From Bugula neritina (taxonomy: Eukaryota; Animalia; Bryozoa): 64,000 bases of DNA. Below, one piece after another: positions 53,401-64,000 of this stretch; position 1 is the stretch's first letter, and each line of letters opens with the position of its first letter. Under the pieces are notes generated by a model. The model saw only the letters and a list, made by a program, of their open reading frames with translations. It had not been told where the DNA came from and ran no database searches. Location of the stretch: contig OZ037767.1 of assembly GCA_964035545.1 (NCBI GenBank), positions 7,760,581 to 7,824,580 of the forward strand. The letters run 5' to 3'. Position numbers and translations under genes: made by a program.

Positions 53401-56400
53401 GTTAGAAAAAGACAAAAATGATTGATGTTATGGAGCACCAGTGCACCTAAACTCTAAGATAATATCAATTCAGATAAACCGAGGTAGTTGAAGGTTTATG
53501 GAAGGCCTACATTATTATCTTACTTACTACTTTGTATATTAGCTATTATGCTAACATTACTTTTGTTATTAGTATAAAAATCTTACCACAGGGATTTCCA
53601 TTACAGCCACCATCTCGAGCATATATTCTGGCAAACTGAAAAATGATTTTTCTTCCCAAGTCTACTTTCCACCATTCACCAGCTTTAGACTGTCCTGTGT
53701 TAGAGTAGCTACTGTCTATTTTACCATCAATAGCAACTTCAGGAGACCAGTTATTATCACCTCCTGTATAAGTTGACTCCTGGTAGGCTGTGCCTTTAGT
53801 AGCATAATTTATTCCTGAAATCCCAAACATAATATATGGCACTATATGGAAATATGCATACATGCAGTGCATGAAAATGTTAGCCAACAATTCTTAAAGT
53901 CACTAAAGTCTTTAAGTCGATGTTTTATTAAAAGTATATTATGTAAACAGTTGTGTGACAATATCACTATAACAAGAGAGTATGCATGTCTGACGTGTGA
54001 TCAAAATTGCATTTTTTATTTAGGCTATGGCCATGTGATATTCATAAAATTCGGTCAGCAATGAGTTTTATTATTTTTAATAAATTAGTTGACGCCAGAA
54101 AAAAATGTTACTGGAAACGTGTACAAGATTCACCTCACAGCTTTGGTGTGAAATCAGCCTTGCAATAGGCTAATTCCTTGCTATTCAATGATTTATGAAG
54201 GCAGCGAAAAATTGGCACTGAACCTAGCTTTCTAAAAATAAATAATTCTGTCTACTTTGAGCATTAATCAAAGTTAGTCTCATATGAAATAGTAGAATTA
54301 GGTAAGGTAAAGTTTATGTACCAAAATTTTCTGCAGAATAGAATTAACAATGAATGTGTGGCCATGATGTAGAGTAGTAAATATGAAATACGTTTGTGAT
54401 ATTTATATTGATTGATGTTTTAACTTATGGAGCAATCTGATTGACTAATTTGATTATTATTTAATAAGATATTTATTTGAAAAACAGCGCGATGGCTTGT
54501 TTTACAGAAAATAGAAGAGAAGAGGTAAACAAAAATACAGCGATTCTAATTATTGGCACGTGATTGTCATGTGATCAGCAATGGAATTGCATGATTGTTT
54601 CTCAACAGATCTCTAATCCAAAATAACCTGTATGAGAGAAATATCAGTGGTGAAAATACTGACCTAAGAGTAATATGTTGAATTAATAAACTTAGTAACA
54701 CATAACACTAGTTATCAAGTTTTTTTTTCAACAAAAACTAACACTGTTTTGCTAAGAAAAAGCCAGCCCCTAACATATTGGGTGCATAGGGTTTTGCAGA
54801 ATTGGAAAACGGTCAAGATTTCCAATGTAATAGCAACATCGAAGTTTTCAAAACACATATAAACAGAGTTTTATTATTGAAAGAAGTAAATGTGAATTAT
54901 TTCAAATATTTCTACTGTAATAAAACAAGAGAGCTCAAGTAAAAAATGCTTTGCTAAAAATTCAGCCAAAGACTTCCTTGCCAAGGCTATTGATTAGACT
55001 TCTGTAGCAGTAGCAGAAGATTATGTTCAGGAGATTTCTTTGTAATATAGCTACGCGGTGCTCAATATTTTGTAAATAAAAGTTGGTGAATACTGCCTAT
55101 TATAGCTGTAAGAATTATACACATAATATGTAAATGTTATAGACCACTATCGTCAGACATTATTTTTTATACTTGATTAAATTGTAAAACTCACTTTTCT
55201 TTGAGAAGATTTGAACTTCTTTAAGGATGATAAATCCTGCCTGCTCTCTAGAAACAGCAATGTACTTAAACCTTTCTACACTACTGAGTTCAATGACATG
55301 GAGATAGTTTATTGGATCATTCTGAGTAGAGATAACTTCCCAGTCAGGTGTAGAGGGATATTCAGTGGTGGATACTGTCTCTTTGTTAGAACCCCACACA
55401 GTTATATTTGATAGTCTGTCACCTACAATATAATGTCTGCCATACACAACTTATACACTTATAACTCTTTATCATATGTTAAATAGTGTTCACAGCAACA
55501 ACCACTGTTAAATGCTAAAACTGTGTTAATAAACTCAACAGGCACACATTCATTCAAGCTTAGTGTAACAACTGAATTACGTTTTATACAGACAAACATC
55601 CTAGTTAAGTGATGCAAATGAACATTCCAACAACATGCAGTTATGTTAAACATAAAAATGATTTTCAACTAAAGTTATAAAACAATGCTGAAATATGCTT
55701 TTCTATATATGCACTGCTAAATAAATGTTAAGGCAATTTCTATAAATCATGTTCATTATTGTAAAAGTTTTATATTGTAAATGTTTCAAACCAAATATTT
55801 ACTTCAAGAAAAAAAAGTAGGGGAACTAAATTCACATAGAATATGTAAGCTTTAGAAAAAGAAGCTACACATGCAGTACACGATTGGAGGAAATTGAATT
55901 TCAGTAGGTAATTGTAGTGAACAGTATGCAAACCTTATAAGTTGCATTTTGCCCGTTTATATATGATGTTTCTCAGGCAAGCTGTGTCTGCATTAAATTC
56001 TTGGCTTTAAAAACAGTCACTTTGCGCCAAAACCTGTGTCACTTAAAAGGTCATTTTGTAGACAGCCAAATAAGATTTAAGGTGTGCATGAGGTAGAGCT
56101 TAATATATAGCGAAAAGGATTAAATGCAACCAAGAACCTAAATTCCTTATATCTGTCATACTATGATAATAGTGTCAGCAATGTCAATATATTAGACTTG
56201 ACTAGTAATTTATAGGTCGATAGATTTATTGAACAAAGTCAAGATGTCAAATTAAATAAAATAATGTCATTCTAAAATAAACTCATGCAAGGTGATAATC
56301 ACCATCTCTGTGGGAAACCGGTGATCGAATGGGTTTTTTTGTCAAATTGGGCTATGAAGACTTATTCAGAAGGGGCACAGAAAAAATTAGGATTGGATGC

Positions 56401-57947
56401 TTTTCTTAACATCACCAATGACATAATATGTCAGGTTAGAACTTATAGCGTCATGTTTACTGAGCAAACGATCCATAAACCCCTAGACTAAGCCTGCTCT
56501 TTATTGTTGTTTGAGCATACTTTCCTAATATTCTCAAGAGCTAATAAATAATATCACATATTTTTCAAAAGAAAAACCATTTATAGCACAAAAGAAACAA
56601 GATAACTCATTAGTGTTATAAAAAATCGTTTATATGAATAAAAAAGTAATGCTTGTACCGAGTGACAAACTTCTAGCTGTAAAATTTTTTTTTTACCGCA
56701 GAATAAACAAAATATTGCAGCAAAGTGACTAATATCTAGCTGTTAGCAATAAAATAACTGACTTAAATTACGTTAATTTAAAATATTAGCACTTATGTTG
56801 CAAATGTAAACTATCCGGTTGCATTGTAACACTTATGTTAGTAGCATGTAATAAAATTAGTCAGTAGATTACGAATAAAAACACATGACTAATTCTTATA
56901 TTAATAATCATTATTAGCAGCATTAAATATGGGATTGACGTTATTTTTATATTTTAGGATACGATGGTGAGCTTATAACTTTCGAAGCAAGTTTCTGATC
57001 TGACAGCATTTTTTCATCTTTCAACACACAAATTGAGGGCAAAAAGTCCTAAATGTCAAAAACTATGCTGCAGGAGTAACTCGAGAAGCTTAATGCCGGC
57101 TTATATGAAAAATGCTTGAATATCTTATATTAGGGAAATTAATTTTTGTGTTGGTTTCACATGCATGTTACTAAAGACTTATGATATTATATACTAACAG
57201 GTGTCAGTAAATAAGTTTGGTAAGTCATATTAATTATTGTATATAATAAAAAATACAGTGTTAACAACTTTTTTTCAGAGTATAGAAACTAATTTGTCAT
57301 GTCAACTTTAAATTACAATTATGCACTATATAATCATATAGGTAGTGGATTGTCTTAAATCAATGAAAAAACAGTATGAAGTAAATTCAATGTCTTCCAT
57401 ATTTGAACTGTTTCTATCACTTGCATAGGATATTAAAATGCATATGTATGCTGTATGCAGTATATCTATCATTCTACACGACTATATTAGTCATATAGAC
57501 AATGAATGAACAGTAAAGATACTCAATATTTTTGTGATTGAAAAACTTTTGAAAATTGAGAAGCCTCGATTAAGTTGCAGAAGTACAGTAATAAATCTCA
57601 TAGATAAATGTATGCTTTTATGAGCCAAAAAAGTTTCTGTTGGCTATACATAATTACCTTTGGGCAGCACTATAACAACTCTATAAGTTGTTAAGTAAAC
57701 AATATTAACGAAAGCAGATACTTACGGTAACCCTGTCTATTATAGAGTTCAATCCACTGAACAGTATACGTGTCTCCTAAATCAACCATCCAGAATTGTC
57801 TCGACTTGTTTTGTGTATGGGTCACTAGGTAATCATATGTATCATTAGCAGCTATTACTCCATCAACACCATAATTTGGAGAATGATTGCTTTCAGTTTC
57901 GATGTAGGTGCTGCTTTGACTTGTAGTCTTTCTGTACGCCAAATTAT
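36622..57947 (-). CDS. Gene B (5'-partial): receptor-type protein tyrosine phosphatase with F-type lectin + FN3 ectodomain and tandem PTP D1/D2 domains
   Basis: 28 in-frame GT-AG exons: 57726-57947, 55195-55422, 53587-53814, 52478-52714, 51829-51976, 51494-51681, 50883-50977, 50545-50743, 50238-50344, 49803-49992, 49257-49392 ([26 protein letters not shown]), 47412-47518, 46210-46325, 45465-45552, 44288-44358, 43587-43623, 42943-43040, 42644-42766, 41802-41950, 41191-41326, 40448-40597, 39991-40087, 39529-39593, 38789-38911, 38077-38199, 37500-37651, 37206-37341, 36622-36696. Homologues of gene A exons 1-3 are not in the window. Confidence 0.88.
40448..45552 (-). CDS. Gene B PTP D1 domain, catalytic motifs intact
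   Basis: All classical PTP motifs are present: KCRY (KNRY loop), [52 protein letters not shown]. Confidence 0.92.
44393..44470. repeat. (TA)n microsatellite
   Basis: Seen directly in the sequence. Confidence 0.97.
47738..48083. mobile_element. PIF/Harbinger-like MITE with ~70 bp TIRs and TTA TSD
   Basis: Left end GCCTAAGGCCACACTGTGCGTATT...GGTGTCCACTGT and right end ACAGTGGACACC...AATACGCACCGTGTGGCCCTAGGC. TTA flanks at 47735-47737 and 48084-48086. Confidence 0.85.
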
Positions 57948-58670
57948 CTAAAAAGTACAAATAATGGAACAAATTAGTTGGGTGCCACTACAAAAATGGG
58001 CGAGTGGAGGGCATAATACTGTTGTTGCAATATATACATCACTGTTAAGCCAACATTCTGCTGTTAACAAAGCTGCAAATCACAATTTTGTATCTAAAGG
58101 AGGGCCTCTCTTGAAAGGAGTGGATATACAGGAGTTGGTTAAATTTCAAGAAGACATCATGAAATTTGACCTACCACTAGCTAAAGAATCACGTGAAAAT
58201 CATGTGACGATTATCATGAGTTATCTTTTTGTTACGGCCAACCACACACTTGTCAGATGAAACACATAATAAATAGCCAATGATTGAGTCTTACACAAAA
58301 TATAAACAGTAGGAAATTGCCCAAACAGGGAAACGATATAGAAATGAAATAACAATTATGTTGCTAAGATTCTAGTGACCAATCAAATCGATTGTGATTT
58401 TTTGTTCATCATCATTGTTGGCAGTTGGATCTCGAAAAGGGAGGTTGTGTTTTCAATGCTCTCTGTATTCTAGTCCCTAGCTTTAATGCTTTTACAGTTT
58501 ACATTGTGGCTCAGTTATTGCAGCCTTTGTTTATGCTGGCTTATAATCACCTTTATCTACAAGCCAAAGGGAGTGAAAGACCTCTACCATAATTATTATG
58601 GATTATCAAGCTCTGTTGAATACTAAAAAAGCTCCATGGCTCAACATTAGCTAAAAGATAGTTGAAACGG

Positions 58671-58831
58671 TAACTACAAACAGGCTAACTACAAACAGGC
58701 TAACTACAAACAGGCTAACTACAAACAGGCTAACTACAAACAGACTAACTACAAACAGGCTAACTACAAACAGGCTACCTACAAACAGGCTAACTACAAA
58801 CACGCTAACTACAAACACGCTAACTACAAAC
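58671..58831. repeat. 15-bp minisatellite (TAACTACAAACAGGC), ~10.7 copies
   Basis: Seen directly. It explains the artefactual VVSLF-repeat ORF 58651-58908. Confidence 0.95.
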
Positions 58832-59197
58832 TCGAGGTAAAGGTTTTTGATCAGAGACTTCTTCGATCTAGAAAGAGGGGCAAGTGTGGTGGAGTTAAAC
58901 ACAACCACAGTACTAAAACTGCCAAAGTGCCATTACCTGCAGTTAAGTGCTCACTATAATTCGCGATCTCTAAAAAACAAACTCGACAAACTTCATGGTC
59001 TCCTTAAAACCAAACGACTTAGTAACCAATTTCAGCTTATTTGTATAACAAAATCCTGGCTTACTCCAGAAGTGCTACATTCAAGAACTAGGGTTATGAA
59101 GGTTTTGAGCAGTTCCGTGTGGACAGACTTTCAGATGCTAGCGGTCAAACCTGTGGAGAAGGCATTCTAGTCTATACTGACAGCTAATGGTCAACAA

Positions 59198-59660
<463 letters not shown>

Positions 59661-59669
59661 ATAGTTTTG

Positions 59670-59843
<174 letters not shown>

Positions 59844-59934
59844 AAATGAGTGTTTATAAAACGTTACTAGAGTGCTCTATAGAAATAAATCTAGAGCATA
59901 AACATTAGAAGAAATAAAATGAGATTTGATTAAT

Positions 59935-60005
59935 ATAATGGCATTTATTACTAGTAGTTTCGTACACAAGAACGATGTGCACTCGTCAGATAAATTAGCC
60001 ACTAT
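59935..60005 (-). ncRNA. Second hammerhead ribozyme copy in the inverted pseudo-LTR
   Basis: Reverse complement of 62196-62266. Confidence 0.85.
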
Positions 60006-60592
60006 GATTGCTTACAACTATAAATAATGTAATATGTAAATATACACAGATTAAAGCTAGAAGATCAAAAATATTATAACAAAGAGGTAGCATTGGAATT
60101 AATTGGCTATGTTACAGCATTCTTGAGTAGAAATTTACTACTATGTCTGCATATGGATAAAAAGTCATAGCGCTTATTGAGGGAAGACAACTGTGGCTTA
60201 TAAAGAATGAAAGATTTTTCCCATGAGCATAGCTGACAGTTTTTAGTGTTGTTGTTGTATGGTTGAGCTTTTCTGAGAATTTTCCAGGATATGGTAAAAT
60301 CCAGACCTTTGTCTTTTAAGGTCCAGATGTGTTTGCTCAACTCAGTTTGCAAGCGCTTGGTTGGGTGTCTGAAAGAAGCAAGGTGGTTGTAGTATCTTGC
60401 CTTGAATGCAGTGGAGGAAATTCCTACATATGTTTCGGCAGTATCTTTTGATGGGACGGATACTTTGGCCTGGTACACAATGTTTGGGGTGGTGCATTCT
60501 CCTGGGAGCGGGCATGTCTTTACATTTCTACAGTTACAGCCTGCCTGTGATATAGGGGTGGTGTTGCGTTTAGTAAACCAGAAATAGGTAGG

Positions 60593-62097
60593 GTGAGTAA
60601 ACAACTACTTGACAGAATTAATACATCGATAAACAGCAAACTTGGCCTAAATCAGTGGAAAAGCACATCTGCAGTTTTACATTGGTTTGACAATTTGATC
60701 ACCACAAACAGGCACTCTTTTATCGTGTTCGATATTGTGGAATTTTATCCATCTATATCGCCAAAGCTATTATCAGATGCTCTCGACTTTGCCAACTTGC
60801 ATACCACAGTCAGCAACCACGAACGGAATATCATATTGCACAAAAAAAAATCCATATTGGTGCATGACAACTCATTTTGGGGTAAAAGACAATCAGATAA
60901 TTTGTTTGACGTCACTATGGGCTCACATGATGGTGCTGAAACATGTGAATTAGTAGGATTATTTTTATTAAGTACAATCTCAAAAAAGTTCAAAGCTAAC
61001 ATTGGACTATATCGAGATGATGGGCTAGGTGCAACAGATCTTAAACCACAACTAGCTGAAAGACTGAAAAAAGATCTTTGCATATTATTCCAGTCACACG
61101 GTCTAAAGATCACCATAGATGTTAATATTAAGACAACTGACTATTTAGATGTCACCCTAGATCTGGTCAAGAAACATCATACACCATACTCCAAGCCCAA
61201 CAACATCCCTCTGTATGTACACAAAGACTCTAACCATCCTCCTAGCATACTGAAAAATATACCAGAATCTATAAACCGCAGACTTTGTGACATATCTACC
61301 AATGAAACTATCTTCAACAATGCCATCCCACAATATCAAGATGCTTTGGCTAAAAGCAGATATGACTACCAACTCAAATACAAAGACTATACTGACAACA
61401 CCAATACAAGCATCAAACCCATCAGACAAAGACATGTCATTTGGTACAATCCACCTTATAGCCGCAATGTAAAGACGAAAATCGGCTTCATATGTACCTC
61501 AAGCTGATAAAAGATATATTCAACACCAAACACCCACTGCACAAAATATTTAATAAAAACACACTCAAACTCAGCTACAGTTGCTGCCCAAATTTGGAGC
61601 AGACCATCACTGCTCACAACAAAAGTGTTACTAAACGCAACACCACCCCTATATCACAGGCAGGCTGTAACTGTAGAAATGTAAAGACATGCCCGCTCCC
61701 AGGAGAATGCACCACCCCAAACATTGTGTACCAGGCCAAAGTATCCGTCCCATCAAAAGATACTGCCGAAACATATGTAGGAATTTCCTCCACTGCATTC
61801 AAGGCAAGATACTACAACCACCTTGCTTCTTTCAGACACCCAACCAAGCGCTTGCAAACTGAGTTGAGCAAACACATCTGGACCTTAAAAGACAAAGGTC
61901 TGGATTTTACCATATCCTGGAAAATTCTCAGAAAAGCTCAACCATACAACAACAACACTAAAAACTGTCAGCTATGCTCATGGTAAAAATTTTTCATTCT
62001 TTATAAGCCACAGTTGTCTTCCCTCAATAAGCGCTATGACTTTTTATCCATATGCAGACATAGTAGTAAATTTCTACTCAAGAATGCTGTAACATAG
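60593..62097 (+). pseudogene. PLE reverse transcriptase + GIY-YIG endonuclease, 5'-truncated, with one frameshift and one premature TAA (61984-61986)
   Basis: The inverted copy (ORF 60107-60604) reads WEKSF... where the + copy has TGG TAA, so the stop is a point mutation. Confidence 0.85.
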
Positions 62098-62195
62098 CCA
62101 ATTAATTCCAATGCTACCTCTTTGTTATATTTTTGATCTTCTAGCTTTAATCTGTGTATATTTACGTATTACATTATTTATAGTTGTAAGCAATC

Positions 62196-62266
62196 ATAGT
62201 GGCTAATTTATCTGACGAGTGCACATCGTTCTTGTGTACGAAACTACTAGTAATAAATGCCATTAT
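62196..62266 (+). ncRNA. Type I hammerhead ribozyme in the PLE 3' region
   Basis: Stem I ATTTAT/ATAAAT (extended by ATAGTGGC/GCCATTAT); core CTGACGA at 62212-62218; stem II GTGCACA/TGTGTAC; GAAAC at 62240-62244; short stem III; cleavage triplet GTA at 62250-62252. Confidence 0.85.
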
Positions 62267-62290
62267 ATTAATCAAATCTCATTTTATTTC

Positions 62291-62297
<7 letters not shown>

Positions 62298-62375
<78 letters not shown>
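62298..62375. repeat. (TA)n microsatellite, right flank of the PLE
   Basis: Seen directly in the sequence. Confidence 0.97.
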
Positions 62376-62379
<4 letters not shown>

Positions 62380-63539
62380 GTGTGTATATGTATGTATGTA
62401 GGAGTGCATTAGGAGTGAGCAAGTGAGGGGGTGCTAATAGAAGGGTAGAGCATAACGGGAAGCATACTGAAAGCATAGAACCAATCAAGTGGCAGCATCA
62501 TAAAATACATTGATTTATTCATATATTTACTCATGAGAAAAAGATGCAAACATGGATTCTTTGAGAAACAACATTTTTTAGAAATAAACCCACAAGTTAT
62601 AATTGTAATAATGTTCTTTTCCTATTTACTAGATTTCTATTTACTAGATCTATTGTGCTTTTAAATCCTAACTGTTTACCGGTTTTTTTGAAAAATTAAA
62701 CCAGTTCAATCAATCTTACAAAATAGGTATAATTTTTACTGATATCCAAATAAATTTACATGTTGTGAAAATGATTGCAGGTAAAATGTAAACAACTTTA
62801 GTTTTTTTATGACTTTATCTATGTTTCAGTAACTGTACAAAGTATAGTTTAAAATATGAGCAAAAATCAAAATTTTTCCATGAAGGAACAATATACAAAC
62901 GTTCAGTTTTTAAAAAAACGTAATACATACCAACATCTTTAAAATGAAACCATTTTTAAAAAAAAATTATCTATACCCACATTGAGTTTTCTCCTCATGA
63001 AATAGCGCTCAATTTGAAAATTTTAGGATTTCAGCACATAATTGTGATGAAAATTAAGCCAGTAAACAGCTGAAACCTTTTTAATGTATTGTATATAATA
63101 TAGTTGTTAGGGGCTAAAAATATCAAGATCATAGCTATTTGTAAAAGGTGAGTTTTAAGTGCCTGAAAATTGATGATTTTGAAGAACCGCCAAATTATTG
63201 GCCTAAAAACGTAATGCATCAGAAAATTTTTCTCAACACTTATGGCAGATTTGATGTTTTGATTTAAATAAAATTAAATAGAACTATCATTTACAAAAGT
63301 ATGAAAGGTTTGTCTTAAATTGCCTCCGAGATATAAATTCATGGAGGTGACCTACGGAACGAAAAACCATGAAAAAAGTACCGATTTTTTACTAACCTTT
63401 GCTCACAAAAAGTGCCATCACTACAAAGCTATTAGGAATTAAGGGCTAATATTTGATGTATTTTTATTTGACATGTCCTGGAATACTCTAGAAAAAACTT
63501 AAAAAAATCTGAAGTGGGGTCGGTTTTGGCCTTGTTGCA

Positions 63540-64000
63540 AGTCTACTCTCAACTGCATCAGCGTAAAAAAAGACTGGAAAATGTGGTTGTGGCACGTGAC
63601 TGGGGCATCTCACAACCAGCAAAATAATTTCACTCGTCGTTCCGCCCATGTAAAAGTCCGTTTTTACATTGAGCCCACAACTCCTGTAATTGACTGATGG
63701 TTCTTCCGTATAGCACCCCGCTGGACTTACATACTCGCCGCTTTGAACGCAGTTACATATGAAGTTTTATAGGTATGGGGGGGGGTTGCCTGGTACGTTG
63801 TCCTCGTTCTAAGGAAGGCCATGAAGTCTCCAGCGGCCTATCAAGTTCCACTGGTAGAACTTCCAGCTTGTTAAAGGCTGGCTCATCTCTAACTCTTCCG
63901 AATGAAGCCCCATCCTCTGTGGAGGTTTCCACTTCTGAGCCAAGCCCGAGCCCCTGAAGTGACGGTGGCCGACCTGGCCCTGGCGCCGGAGGCGGTGGAC
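63540..64000 (-). mobile_element. 3' end of the pol ORF of another copy of the 28143-31357 Gypsy family (runs off the window)
   Basis: Minus-strand translation gives LGSEV...RTRQPPPYL*NFICNCVQSG...PHFPVFFYADAVES, which matches MGSEV...HTRQPPACLGDFVRDRVTSG...PRCPVFSYVDAVKS in ORF 28143-28685. GC content rises abruptly here. Confidence 0.7.

Noticed and set aside
58651-58908. Hydrophobic VVSLF-repeat ORF, or a CRISPR-like array
   Set aside because: Head-to-tail 15-bp minisatellite with no spacers, in a eukaryotic LINE 5' region.
60593-62097. Selenocysteine read-through (reported for some Naiad PLEs)
   Set aside because: The TGA at 61505-61507 results from a frameshift, and the endonuclease stop is a TAA where the inverted copy has GAA. 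No in-frame TGA at a Cys position was seen.
62695-63540. Possible DNA-transposon remnant between the PLE and the terminal Gypsy fragment
   Set aside because: No convincing TIR pair, TSD or coding similarity could be established by eye.

Overview
AT-rich, intron-rich animal genomic DNA. The repeat content suggests an invertebrate, but the species cannot be determined from this window. The window is part of a tandem array of minus-strand receptor genes, which I assembled by hand from GT-AG exons with consistent phases. Gene A (7404-26525, 18 exons, about 1108 aa) encodes a signal peptide, 3 F-type-lectin (FTP/F5_8C-like) domains, 3 FN3-like repeats, an RPTP-type juxtamembrane domain, a Sushi/CCP domain, a TM helix and a short tail with four tyrosine motifs; it has no catalytic domain. 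Gene B (36622 to >57947, 28 visible exons, 5' end not found in the window) has a closely homologous ectodomain but then switches to a different TM exon and a tandem protein-tyrosine-phosphatase module (D1 with intact catalytic motifs, D2 degenerate). Window bases 1-145 repeat the region upstream of gene A, which implies a third paralog to the left. The most interesting reading is a lectin-based paired-receptor cluster (tyrosine-motif tail versus phosphatase tail). The rest is mobile DNA: a near-complete Mag-like Ty3/Gypsy element, three pieces of a second Gypsy family, a Rex1/Babar-like LINE shared by both genes, a Naiad-type Penelope-like element with an inverted pseudo-LTR and two hammerhead ribozymes, a tRNA-derived SINE, MITEs and microsatellites.
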